A stretch of 64,000 nt of DNA from NCBI GenBank assembly GCA_963665275.2, contig CAXXIN010000016.1, positions 268,395 through 332,394 on the forward strand, given 5' to 3'. This document shows positions 9,691 to 19,303 of the stretch, one piece after another (the stretch's first letter is position 1; each line of letters opens with the position of its first letter). The DNA comes from Negativicutes bacterium. Lineage in GTDB: Bacteria > Bacillota > Negativicutes > UBA1444. The notes below the pieces were generated by a model. The model ran no database searches, was not told the DNA's origin, and saw nothing but the letters and a program-made list of their open reading frames with translations. Position numbers and translations under genes: made by a program.

Positions 9691-10896
9691 CTACATCGAT
9701 TCAAGCAGTTGCCGCGCAGCTGCGAGAACACCCTCGGCGTCCGCCGTGGGCGCACCTCCCTGCGCTTGGGTTGCAGTGCCGCCTCCCTTGCCGCCGAAGG
9801 GAGCGAAGCTTTTTTTCATCAGCTCGTTCATGGCGACTGTTGCATCCGGCGCGGCCGCGAATATGAAAGCAGTGCGCTCGCCGGTCCCGTCCGCCGCGGC
9901 CAGCAGGCAGATGCTGCCGGAAACCGCAGTGATGCGTAGAGCGAAATCCTGCAGGTCGGCCGTTCCGTAACCGGAAAACACGCGGGATATGATTCGCCTG
10001 GGACCTAGCGGTGTTGCTTCGGACAGCAGTCTCGCCGCCAGTTCCTCATGATAGGCTTTGCGGGCGACGCTCAGCTCTCGTTGGAGGGCTTCCTGTTTTT
10101 CGAGATTTTTTTCGAATGCGCGTAGCGCCGCGTCGACCGGAGTAGAAAAACGAGTGGCCAGCGCCCGGGAAATTTCGTGTTTCAGCCGATAATCTTCCAG
10201 TGCTCTAGCGCCGCAGACGAATTCCACGCGGATATTGTTCTTGCGTTTTTCCCAGCCGCGAATTTTGAGCAGCCCCACTTCGCCGGTATGGCTGGCGTGG
10301 GTGCCGCCGCAGGGGCAGCAATCGCAGTTCGCGATGGAAACCAGCCGAATTTGTTCGAATTCCGGACCGGGCTCCTTGCGCATGGAGTAGGCGCTGAGTT
10401 CGGCATTTTCAACGAATTTCGCGTCAATCAGACGATTCTCGAAAATGACGGCATTGGCGGCTGTTTCGACCGCATAGGCCTGCTCTGTCGAGAAGGCAGG
10501 TAGCGTTACGTCGATCTGGCAGGTGGCGGCTGTGAGGTGGAATCCGACATTTTCCGCCTGAAAATTGGACAGGAAAATGCCTGAGAGAATATGCTCTCCG
10601 GTATGTTGCTGCATGTGGTCAAAGCGCCGCTGCCAGTCGATCCGCCCCGTTACCGGTCCGTCGCCGGGGTCGCCGGCAGTGGTGTGGATAATTTCGCCGT
10701 CCCGCATCTGGACACTGAGGACTGCTGTTTCGCTCAGAGTCCCGGTGTCACAGGGTTGACCGCCGCCTTCCGGATAGAAGGCGGTACGGTCCAGCACGAT
10801 CGCATATTGACCGCCAGACTGCGGTGTTTTGCTGAGGATGTTCGCTGTAAATTCCCGCAGATAGGCGTCCTGGTAATATAATTTTTCAGTCTGCAC
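9691..10896 (-). CDS. Alanyl-tRNA editing protein (AlaX) with C-terminal DHHA1 domain
   Basis: FYPEGGGQ, HMQQHTGEH, CGGTH, GKGGG. Confidence 0.92.
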   Translation of the reverse strand: MQTEKLYYQDAYLREFTANILSKTPQSGGQYAIVLDRTAFYPEGGGQPCDTGTLSETAVLSVQMRDGEIIHTTAGDPGDGPVTGRIDWQRRFDHMQQHTGEHILSGIFLSNFQAENVGFHLTAATCQIDVTLPAFSTEQAYAVETAANAVIFENRLIDAKFVENAELSAYSMRKEPGPEFEQIRLVSIANCDCCPCGGTHASHTGEVGLLKIRGWEKRKNNIRVEFVCGARALEDYRLKHEISRALATRFSTPVDAALRAFEKNLEKQEALQRELSVARKAYHEELAARLLSEATPLGPRRIISRVFSGYGTADLQDFALRITAVSGSICLLAAADGTGERTAFIFAAAPDATVAMNELMKKSFAPFGGKGGGTATQAQGGAPTADAEGVLAAARQLLESM

Positions 10897-10920
10897 AGAT
10901 GTTTCCCTTGCCTTTCGCTG

Positions 10921-11418
10921 TTATTCGATCCAGGTGGACAGGATCTGGCCGAAGTACATCGTGTGATAGTCGCCGCTGGCATAGCAAGCGCTGTTCAAAG
11001 CGCCATCTAGTGCAGGCGGGTTCATCGGTTGCTTGTACACTACCTTGCACTCGTAATGCAGACCGGCTCCGCCAATCACCGGAGTGGCGATTTTGAGTCC
11101 GGGCAGTTTCACCAGCCCGGCAGCGGCGAACTTATCGAGGTCGCGACCGGACTTGCTGCCGCAGATGCCAAGCGCCTTGCCCATGTCGGTGCGTGGAACG
11201 CTGACGGTGAATTCGCCGCTGGCCTCCAGCAGACCATAGGTGAAACGGGAGGGGCGAACCAGTACGCTGAAGATTGGCTGACTCCAGATGACACCGAGGG
11301 TTCCCCAACCGATGGTCATCGTATTGTCGCGACCGCCATGGCTAACAGTGAGAAAAGCCCCTTTGGGCAAAGTTTGAATGACTTGCGGCGCGTATTGATC
11401 AAAGGCTATTTCTTTCAT
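10921..11418 (-). CDS. Flavin reductase / flavoredoxin family protein
   Basis: NTMTIGWG, VRPSRFT, CGSKSGRDLDK, HTMYFG. Confidence 0.88.
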   Translation of the reverse strand: MKEIAFDQYAPQVIQTLPKGAFLTVSHGGRDNTMTIGWGTLGVIWSQPIFSVLVRPSRFTYGLLEASGEFTVSVPRTDMGKALGICGSKSGRDLDKFAAAGLVKLPGLKIATPVIGGAGLHYECKVVYKQPMNPPALDGALNSACYASGDYHTMYFGQILSTWIE

Positions 11419-11583
11419 GCTGAAAACCTCCTAGAATTAATAATATCTGTATTGGCTTTTTTTGTGCAAAATCCTTGTTTGAATTGACTGCGAACATTTC
11501 AAGGCGCCTGTCTGCAGGCGGAAACCTAAAAAAACGCGGTGCAGCCGGAAAAACAAGTCGTCTTGTGTCGTGCAAAAAGACAC

Positions 11584-11612
11584 TTGCATTATGCCAAAGC
11601 ATACAGTATAAT
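11584..11612 (+). promoter_or_regulatory. SigA promoter of the serine operon
   Basis: TTGCAT-17 nt-TATAAT immediately upstream of the T-box leader. Confidence 0.75.
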
Positions 11613-11631
11613 CAATTATAAATTTATTCAG

Positions 11632-11861
11632 TGCAACGCGATGAACGGGATACTGCTGGTTACAGGATTTCAGAGAGCCGCCGGTTGGTGTGAGGCGGTA
11701 ATCCAGACAGACAGGTCCACCCGTGAGCGGCCGGTGATGAATCAGGACGGGGGCCGCCCGATACAGCGGACAGAGTCGGCCGAACTTCGGCAACTTGGGT
11801 GGCACCGCGGGAGAACCTCTACCTCTCGTCCCTATTATTGGGACGGGAGGTTTTTATTTTT
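11632..11861 (+). ncRNA. T-box riboswitch (Ser, specifier UCC)
   Basis: CAGAGAG and GGTGTGA stem I motifs, TCC specifier at 11716-11718, T-box AACTTGGGTGGCACCGCG at 11792-11809, terminator CCTCTCGTCCC/GGGACGGGAGG plus T run. Confidence 0.93.
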
Positions 11862-11890
11862 ACCGCAAAATATGAATTGGAGTGATGATG

Positions 11891-12988
11891 ATGTCAACAA
11901 CGGCAAAACGGGCGTACAATTTCAATGCCGGCCCTTCTGCATTGCCCTTGGCGGCATTACAGAAAGCGCAGGCGGAACTGTTGGATTTCCAGGGCGCTGG
12001 CATGTCCATCCTGGAGATGAGCCACCGCGGCAAGGAATATGAAGCGGTGCACAATCAGGCGATCGCACTGCTGCGTGAGCTGCTGGCGATTCCCGAAGAC
12101 TATGAAGTGCTGTTCCTTCAGGGCGGCGCCAGCCTGCAGTTCGCGATGGTCCCGATGAATTTTCTCCCGGCGGGAAAACGTGCTGCGTATGTGATGACCG
12201 GCGTTTGGTCGGAAAAAGCCTACGCCGAGGCAAAACAACTGGGTGAAGTCTACGAAGCGGCCAGCAGCAAGAGCGACAAGCACAACCGCATTCCCTCATT
12301 CGATGAACTGAAGGTTGACGCGGATGCGGCCTATCTGCATATTACTTCCAACAATACAATATACGGAACGCAGTGGCGGGACTTCCCCGATACCGGCGCT
12401 GTCCCGCTGATCGCCGATATGTCGAGCGATATTCTCTCCCGGCCTTTTGATGTCAGCAAGTTCAGTCTGATCTATGCCGGAGCGCAGAAGAACCTCGGAC
12501 CGGCGGGTGTCACCGTCGTCATCATTAAACGCGATTTCCTGGCCACCGCGAACCCCAACATTCCGACGATGCTCCGCTACGGCACGTTCGCCAAGGAAAA
12601 CTCGCTCTACAACACGCCGCCCACCTTCGGCATCTACCTGATGGGTCTCGTGCTGGAATGGATCAAGGAACAGGGCGGATTGGCGGCAATCACCCGGCGT
12701 AATGAAGAAAAAGCAGCCCTGATCTATGATGTCATCGATGCGAGCAATGGTTTCTACAAAGGCCATGCCGTTCCGGCAGATCGTTCGCGTATGAATATCA
12801 CCTTCCGTCTGGCAAATGAGGAACTGGAAAAGAAATTCCTGGCAGAGGCGAAGCAGGCTGGCTTCGTGGGGCTTGCGGGCCATCGTTCGGTCGGCGGCTG
12901 TCGCGCTTCGGCTTATAATGCGGTGCCGGTGGAAGCCTGCCGGGCATTGAAGGACCTGATGCTGAAATTCCAGCAAGCAAATAGCTGA
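11891..12988 (+). CDS. serC: Phosphoserine aminotransferase
   Basis: YNFNAGP, EMSHR, GGASLQF, GAQKNLGPAG (PLP lysine), GHRSVGG. Confidence 0.97.
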   Translation: MSTTAKRAYNFNAGPSALPLAALQKAQAELLDFQGAGMSILEMSHRGKEYEAVHNQAIALLRELLAIPEDYEVLFLQGGASLQFAMVPMNFLPAGKRAAYVMTGVWSEKAYAEAKQLGEVYEAASSKSDKHNRIPSFDELKVDADAAYLHITSNNTIYGTQWRDFPDTGAVPLIADMSSDILSRPFDVSKFSLIYAGAQKNLGPAGVTVVIIKRDFLATANPNIPTMLRYGTFAKENSLYNTPPTFGIYLMGLVLEWIKEQGGLAAITRRNEEKAALIYDVIDASNGFYKGHAVPADRSRMNITFRLANEELEKKFLAEAKQAGFVGLAGHRSVGGCRASAYNAVPVEACRALKDLMLKFQQANS

Positions 12989-13034
12989 GTTGGCGCATAA
13001 TAAACGAAATGATAATTTTGGAGGGAAAGACAAC

Positions 13035-14627
13035 ATGCCGAAGATACTCGTAAGCGATCCCGTGGCAAAAGCCGGGGTCGAGATTCTACAAAAGGTATAT
13101 CCTGTCGATAGCCGGCAAAAATTGACCCCGGAAGAACTCATCGCCATCATTCCTGAATATGACGCGCTGGTCGTTCGCAGCGAGACCAAGGTGACCAAGG
13201 AAGTCATCGCGGCGGCGAAAAATTTGAAGGTCATCGGCCGGGCCGGCGTCGGTGTGGACAACATCGATGTGGAGGCAGCCACTCAACGCGGAATCATCGT
13301 ACTGAACGCGCCGGAAGGCAACACCATCGCGGCTACCGAACATACGATGGCGATGATGATGGCCCTGGCCCGTAATGTGCCGCAGGCATACGCTTCCTTG
13401 CAAAATGGCCTGTGGGAGCGATCGAAATTCACCGGAGTGGAAGTCCGTGGCAAGACCTTGGGGATTCTCGGTTTGGGAAGGATCGGCAGCGGTGTCGCCA
13501 AGCGGGCGCTGGCGATGGAAATGAAAGTAGTGGTCTATGACCCATTCATCCGGGCGGAACAGGCCGAGGCGCTCGGCGTCGAAATCGCCGATCTGGACGA
13601 GATCTTTGCCCAGGCGGATTTCATCACCCTGCATTTGCCCTTGACCGCCGACACCAAGAAATTGCTCAACAAAACAGCTTTCGCCAAAATGAAAAAAGGC
13701 GTGCGTATTATTAATGTAGCCCGTGGCGGCGTGATCGACGAAGCAGATCTGGCGGCAGCGATCGAGGAGGGGATCGTGGCAGGCGCGGCGATTGATGTAT
13801 TTGAAAAAGAACCGGTCGATCCCAACAACCCGCTGCTGAAATCTCCCAAAGTCATTGCAACCCCTCATCTCGGCGCTTCCACGGCGGAAGCCCAGGTCGG
13901 CGTGGCGGTTGACGTGGCTCATGGAGTGCTGGCCGCCCTGCGGGGTGAACCGGTGACAACGGCTGTCAACATGGCGCCGATTCCGGCTCATGTAATGGAA
14001 GTCATTCGTCCTTTCTTCAACCTGGCGGAGCGGATGGGTTGTCTGTCGGCAACGCTGGCGAACGGCCGCATCCAGTCAATTGATGTGGAATTCGCCGGCA
14101 ACATCAGCGAAGTCGACACCAAAATGCTGACTGTGGCCGTGATCAAAGGTGCGCTCAGCCCCTTCCTACAGGAGTCGGTCAACTACGTGAATGCGCCGGG
14201 CCTCGCCAAGAGCCGCGGCATCAAGATCAAGGAAGTCAAGATCAAGGAGACCGACAATTTTGCCAACCTGCTCAAGGTTCGGGTGGTGACCGACAAGGAT
14301 TACTGCTGCGTGAAAGGCACGTTGTTCGGCAAAGAAGGCCGCATCGTCATGATCAACGATTACCGGGTCGACTTTGTGCCGCAAGGCTGGCTGATGATCG
14401 GACCGCATATCGACCGTCCGGGTATTATCGGCAAGGTCGGCACGTTCCTCGGCGCCAGCGGAATCAATATTGCGAGCATGCAAGTGGGCCGTTCCGAGAA
14501 AGCGGGCAACCAGATGATGGTGCTGTCAGTGGAATCCGCTATTCCGCAGACTGTTTTGGAACAGCTCAAGTCGGTCGACGGCATTCTGGGCGCCACGATG
14601 GTAAATTTCGAATCCCTGCGCATGTGA
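13035..14627 (+). CDS. serA: D-3-phosphoglycerate dehydrogenase (long form with ASB and ACT domains)
   Basis: RAGVGVDNID, GLGRIG, TPHLGAST, C-terminal DRPGIIG ACT; GGAGG RBS before ATG at 13035. Confidence 0.96.
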   Translation: MPKILVSDPVAKAGVEILQKVYPVDSRQKLTPEELIAIIPEYDALVVRSETKVTKEVIAAAKNLKVIGRAGVGVDNIDVEAATQRGIIVLNAPEGNTIAATEHTMAMMMALARNVPQAYASLQNGLWERSKFTGVEVRGKTLGILGLGRIGSGVAKRALAMEMKVVVYDPFIRAEQAEALGVEIADLDEIFAQADFITLHLPLTADTKKLLNKTAFAKMKKGVRIINVARGGVIDEADLAAAIEEGIVAGAAIDVFEKEPVDPNNPLLKSPKVIATPHLGASTAEAQVGVAVDVAHGVLAALRGEPVTTAVNMAPIPAHVMEVIRPFFNLAERMGCLSATLANGRIQSIDVEFAGNISEVDTKMLTVAVIKGALSPFLQESVNYVNAPGLAKSRGIKIKEVKIKETDNFANLLKVRVVTDKDYCCVKGTLFGKEGRIVMINDYRVDFVPQGWLMIGPHIDRPGIIGKVGTFLGASGINIASMQVGRSEKAGNQMMVLSVESAIPQTVLEQLKSVDGILGATMVNFESLRM

Positions 14628-14656
14628 TTTCGCGCAGCACTGAGGAGTAGATAACG

Positions 14657-15889
14657 ATGGCCACAGTCAAGCCTTTTCGGGCCTTGCGCCCAGCTGCGGC
14701 GAACGCAGCCGATTTCACATCCCTCCCTTATGACGTGATGGATGCCGCCGAAGCGCGGGAGATGGTCGCGCAAAAGCCGCAAAATTTTCTGCGGGTAACC
14801 CGGGCGGAAGTCGACCTGCCGCCGGAAACGGACCCCCACTCCCCGGAAGTGTACGGTCAAGCCAGGAAAAAACTGGCGGAATACAGGGCATCCGGAATAA
14901 TGAAACAGGATTCAGGCAACTGCTATTACGTATATCGTCAGCAGATGGGAAAATTCGTTCAGACCGGCATTGGCGCCGTCTGTCAGGTGGCGGAATACGA
15001 AGCGGGCATTGTCCGCAAACACGAGCTGACGCGCCCGGACAAGGAACAGGACCGTGTGGAGCACATTCTGGCAACCGGTGCGCAGACGGGGCCGGTGTTT
15101 CTCGTGTATCGCCGCAACGCGGCAATTGCGGCGCAAGTGGCGTCGGTCATGGCCAAGGAGCCAGCCTGCGATTTCACGACCGAAGACGGAATCCGCCATA
15201 CACTGTGGGTGATGGAGGATCCAGAGTCTATCTTCGCTGTTGAGCAGGCCTTCGCCGGAATGGACAGGCTGTATATCGCCGATGGTCATCATCGTGCTGC
15301 TGCGGCGGCCCGGGTGAGCCGCCTGAGTGATGGAAAAGGCGCAGGCAGTTTCCTGACTGTGCTTTTCCCTGACGATGAGGTGCATATCCTCGACTACAAC
15401 CGGGTGGTTTATGATTGGGGCAATCTGTCGCCGGAAAAATTTCTCACTGAAATTGCGCAGAAATTCATCGTCGAGCCGGCCCGCGCCAAAGGCACCGATA
15501 CGGGTAAGCCCGATCGCCTCCACGGTTTTGGCATGTATCTGGACGGGAGCTGGTATCAGCTGACGACTAAGCCCGGCAGCTTCGATCATAACAACGCCTT
15601 GGCGCGGCTCGACGTGAACATCCTGCAGAACAATCTGCTGGCCCCGGTGCTCGGCATCCAGGATCCGCGGACCGACAACCGGATCGGTTTCGTCGGCGGC
15701 ATCCGCGGGATGGGCGAACTGAAAAAACTTGTCGATTCCGGGCGGGCCGTGGTGGCATTCTCACTGTTCGCGACTTCCATCGAAGATCTGATGTCAGTGG
15801 CGGATGCGAACGAGATCATGCCGCCCAAGTCAACCTGGTTCGAACCCAAGCTGCGTGACGGGCTGCTCGTGCACCTGATTGACGGATGA
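14657..15889 (+). CDS. DUF1015 family protein
   Basis: PYDV, HELT, YIADGHHR, MPPKSTWFEPK; third gene of the serC-serA operon. Confidence 0.92.
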   Translation: MATVKPFRALRPAAANAADFTSLPYDVMDAAEAREMVAQKPQNFLRVTRAEVDLPPETDPHSPEVYGQARKKLAEYRASGIMKQDSGNCYYVYRQQMGKFVQTGIGAVCQVAEYEAGIVRKHELTRPDKEQDRVEHILATGAQTGPVFLVYRRNAAIAAQVASVMAKEPACDFTTEDGIRHTLWVMEDPESIFAVEQAFAGMDRLYIADGHHRAAAAARVSRLSDGKGAGSFLTVLFPDDEVHILDYNRVVYDWGNLSPEKFLTEIAQKFIVEPARAKGTDTGKPDRLHGFGMYLDGSWYQLTTKPGSFDHNNALARLDVNILQNNLLAPVLGIQDPRTDNRIGFVGGIRGMGELKKLVDSGRAVVAFSLFATSIEDLMSVADANEIMPPKSTWFEPKLRDGLLVHLIDG

Positions 15890-15901
15890 AATGATCCAGA
15901 A

Positions 15902-15952
15902 AGAGGCTCCGGTTTCCGCGCCGAAAATGGCAGGACCGGAGCTTCTTTTTTT
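15902..15952 (+). terminator. Intrinsic terminator of the serine operon
   Basis: AGAGGCTCCGGT...ACCGGAGCTTCT followed by a T run. Confidence 0.75.
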
Positions 15953-16093
15953 GCGGGAACTATCATATATAGAATATAGCACAAGAAAAGATGACAAAAT
16001 TATCAGTTTTATAAGCAGGAAATAAGAGTTGGAAATTGAATACAATATAATAAAACTAGAATGGAAAATGTTTGCAAAAAAAGGGGACGATTA

Positions 16094-16663
16094 ATGATGA
16101 AGAAACAGACACGCTGGGCACTCGTATCGGTATTGGCAATTTTGGCGGGAATCATGATGGGCGGGATCGCCGGGGCTGTCGGGCTGTCGGAACCTATTTT
16201 TGAATCACCGGTACTGATCACTTCGATCGGTCAGAGCGCTGACGGGCAATTGGTCAAGGTGCTCGCAGACCGCGTCGGCATCAGCTATCAATATGACTCG
16301 TTGGCGCCGGCATCTGCGGTCGGTGACTACAAGACCGCTATTTTGGTCGTGGGAGGCAGCTCCAAAGGGCTGGGAGCCGCCGGTATCAACCAGGACCAGG
16401 AAGAATCCAGAGCTAAAGCCATTATCGATGCAGCCAGATCTGCCGGAACCAAGATTTTGTTCATGCATGTGGGCGGAGATGCCCGTCGCGGGGATCTCAC
16501 CGACCGTTTCGTCACGATCACCGCACCGGCGGCCCAGTACCTGATCGTGGTCGCCGACGGGAATAAGGACAACTTCATGACCAATGCCGCCGGCGGTGCG
16601 CCGATGGATATGGCGGATACCTTGGGTGATGCGGGAAGGCTGCTGAAAGCCGCATTCAAATAA
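16094..16663 (+). CDS. Exported DUF6305-like protein
   Basis: Signal peptide; LITSIGQSAD, GGSSKGLGAAG, HVGG..RRG and ADGNKD motifs recognised by eye. Confidence 0.75.
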   Translation: MMKKQTRWALVSVLAILAGIMMGGIAGAVGLSEPIFESPVLITSIGQSADGQLVKVLADRVGISYQYDSLAPASAVGDYKTAILVVGGSSKGLGAAGINQDQEESRAKAIIDAARSAGTKILFMHVGGDARRGDLTDRFVTITAPAAQYLIVVADGNKDNFMTNAAGGAPMDMADTLGDAGRLLKAAFK

Positions 16664-16684
16664 GCGAAAAGAGGAAACGGAAGC

Positions 16685-17959
16685 ATGTCACATGAATCCT
16701 GGCTGCTGGGGCTGATGCTGGTGGCGTTTCTTGGGATGGTTTCCGGCCTGAAATGGCCGGTAGGGCTGTCACTGGCTGCAACCAGCGTCGTCGTCGCTGC
16801 CGCCGATGGTCACGGAATCCCCCTGCGCCACCTAGTGGAAGGGATGTTCGGCTATATCGATGTTTCTCTGGTCCTGATCACGGCCATGATCTTCATGAAG
16901 GTCATCGAAAAAAACGGCTTACTCGATGCCTTGACCTGTGATCTCATGTTGCGGTTCGGTCGTTCGCCGGCGATGATGTTGACGATGATGACGATTATCA
17001 TCATGTTCCCCGGAATGATCACCGGTTCCTGCACTTCTTCGGTACTCTCGACCGGTGTGTTGTTAGTGCCGGTGCTGCTGAAGATGAACATGCCGCGGGA
17101 AACAGCCGGAGCGATCGTGGCCATGGCCGCAGTCTACGGCATGATCGCGCCGCCGGTCAATATCGTGGTCATGATCATCGGCGGCGGTATTGATATGCCT
17201 TATATCGGTTTTGACTTGCCGCTTCTCTATATGACCCTGCCGCTGGCGATTTTGACAACGCTTTATCTGGGTTACGGCTATGCCCGCCGCGCTGATATGG
17301 CTTCCGTGGTCGAGGAGTTCGCCTGCCGGGAACGTGCGCCCGGCGGTTTTCTATTGTATCTGCCGCTGCTGACAGTCGTGGTTCTGATGATCGGCCCCAA
17401 GGCGCTGCCGGGCTGGTTCCCTGACCCGCGTCTACCGCTGACATTCGTGATCGGCGCTGGTCTGGCTCTCTTGTCCGGGCGAAAATTCAGCCTGCTCGAA
17501 GCCGCGCAGAATGGGGTGACGGAGATTCTATCGGTGGTCGGCATCCTCATGGGTGTTGGCATGCTGATCCAGATCATGACGCTGACCGGGATTCGCGGCG
17601 ATATCGCCGTGACCAGCCTGAGTCTGCCGCCGTATCTGCTATTGGCTGGAATCGCAATCATGCTGCCTCTGTTCGGCGGGATCTCGGTATTCGGGGCCGC
17701 CAGCGTTCTGGGCGTGCCGTTTATCCTGACAATGCTGAGTCAGAACCTCATCATCACAGCTGCAGGAATGTCGTTGATCGCCGCTATGGGCAGTTTCATG
17801 CCGCCGGTGGCGCTGACCGCCGTTATCGCAGCGCAAGTCGTTGACGAGCCGGATTATCTGAAAATCGTGAAGCCCCTGATCCTTCCGTCCCTGGTCGCTA
17901 TCGGTGTCGGGGTGCTCATGATCAAATACGCCACACAGATAGCGAGGATTGTACTATGA
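16685..17959 (+). CDS. TRAP large-permease (DctM)-like / ion-transporter superfamily membrane protein
   Basis: About 11-12 hydrophobic segments, PGMITGS, GMIAPPVN and FMPPVAL helix-break motifs. Confidence 0.78.
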   Translation: MSHESWLLGLMLVAFLGMVSGLKWPVGLSLAATSVVVAAADGHGIPLRHLVEGMFGYIDVSLVLITAMIFMKVIEKNGLLDALTCDLMLRFGRSPAMMLTMMTIIIMFPGMITGSCTSSVLSTGVLLVPVLLKMNMPRETAGAIVAMAAVYGMIAPPVNIVVMIIGGGIDMPYIGFDLPLLYMTLPLAILTTLYLGYGYARRADMASVVEEFACRERAPGGFLLYLPLLTVVVLMIGPKALPGWFPDPRLPLTFVIGAGLALLSGRKFSLLEAAQNGVTEILSVVGILMGVGMLIQIMTLTGIRGDIAVTSLSLPPYLLLAGIAIMLPLFGGISVFGAASVLGVPFILTMLSQNLIITAAGMSLIAAMGSFMPPVALTAVIAAQVVDEPDYLKIVKPLILPSLVAIGVGVLMIKYATQIARIVL

Positions 17960-17972
17960 GAGGTGCGTCGTC

Positions 17973-18119
17973 ATGATGACCATCGTGTATCGGTTGATTT
18001 TGGTGGCGGCGGTCGTATTGATCGTCCGCGGCCTCTTCCAGGAAAAAGAGCTTAAAATGCAAATCAATGCCGCCTGGGTTCTGATACCGTTTATTTTACG
18101 CGCATTGATGCTGGCGTGA
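17973..18119 (+). CDS. 48-aa two-helix membrane protein (below the ORF-track cutoff)
   Basis: GAGG RBS, MMTIVYRLILVAAVVLIVRGLFQEKELKMQINAAWVLIPFILRALMLA*, fills the gap in a tight operon. Confidence 0.75.
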   Translation: MMTIVYRLILVAAVVLIVRGLFQEKELKMQINAAWVLIPFILRALMLA

Positions 18120-18138
18120 GGGAGGGGCAGGTAGGACT

Positions 18139-19254
18139 ATGAAAGCAAGTAAGCTCACGGCAGCAGTTCTTTTGGCGCTCACGATCGGCATCGTCGCACT
18201 GGTGACGCCGGATTTTCGGCGGATGCATGAGGAAGAGCCGATCCGCAAAGGCGCCGGCGTAACTACAGTAAAACAGCTGAGTGATTATTTTGAAGGGTTG
18301 AAGGGGACCGCCGGCGATACGCAGGTTTTTGTACTCGATAGCGGCATTCCCGGCGGGACAGCGCTGTTGCTCGGTGGCACGCACCCCAATGAACCGTCGG
18401 GATTTTTGAGCGCAGTGCTGCTGATTGAAAATGCCAAGCCGACCAAGGGTCGCATGATCATCATCCCCCGCGCGAACAATAGTGGATTTTCCCACACTGA
18501 TTACACCGAGGGGGCTCCTCAGCGATTTCATCTGAAAGCCGCTTCCGGTGAGCGCTGGTTCCGGTTCGGATCCCGGGCCACCAATCCCACCGACCAATGG
18601 CCGGACCCTGATATATATGTCCATGCAGCCTCGGGCCAGAAGCTCTCCGGCTCCGAGACGCGCAACCTGAACCGGGCTTATCCGGGAAGAGCAGATGGCA
18701 CGTTGACCGAGAAAGTGGCTTTCGGCATTGTTCAGTTGATTCGCCAGGAGAAGGTCGCCATGGCGATCGACCTGCACGAAGCCTCGCCGGAATATCCGGT
18801 TATCAATGCGATCGTAGCCCATGACCGGGCCATGGATATCGCGGCGGAAGTGACGATCGGCCTGCAGATGGACGGCCTCAAGATCGGCCTGGAACCTTCG
18901 CCGAAAAGCCTGCGCGGACTGTCGCACCGCGAATGGGGCGATGCCACCGACACGTTGGCCATCCTGATGGAAACGGCCAACCCGGCGCAAGGGCGACTGC
19001 GTGGCGCTACGAACGAGCAGCTGGTGCTGACAGGCAAAGATCCGATGTATGAGCGGGCGGCAAAGCTGAACCGGCTGTTTGTTCCTTACGATGCGAAGGG
19101 GCAGCCGATTGAGTTGCGGGTGGCCCGACATGTTACAGCTGTGAACGAATTTCTGATGGTGCTGTCCAAGAAGAAACCACAGCAGGCCGTCGTTCTGGCC
19201 AAAGTTCCTTCCTATAGCGACATGGTGAAAAAAGGCATCGGACCCTACTTCTAG
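18139..19254 (+). CDS. Exported succinylglutamate desuccinylase/aspartoacylase-family (M14) zinc deacylase
   Basis: N-terminal anchor/signal, GGTHPNE (HxxE), NLNR, DLHE. Confidence 0.85.
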   Translation: MKASKLTAAVLLALTIGIVALVTPDFRRMHEEEPIRKGAGVTTVKQLSDYFEGLKGTAGDTQVFVLDSGIPGGTALLLGGTHPNEPSGFLSAVLLIENAKPTKGRMIIIPRANNSGFSHTDYTEGAPQRFHLKAASGERWFRFGSRATNPTDQWPDPDIYVHAASGQKLSGSETRNLNRAYPGRADGTLTEKVAFGIVQLIRQEKVAMAIDLHEASPEYPVINAIVAHDRAMDIAAEVTIGLQMDGLKIGLEPSPKSLRGLSHREWGDATDTLAILMETANPAQGRLRGATNEQLVLTGKDPMYERAAKLNRLFVPYDAKGQPIELRVARHVTAVNEFLMVLSKKKPQQAVVLAKVPSYSDMVKKGIGPYF

Positions 19255-19303
19255 CGGCTACCTATGAAACGTTGCAACAAAAAATTAATAGGGGAGGCAA
19301 AAA

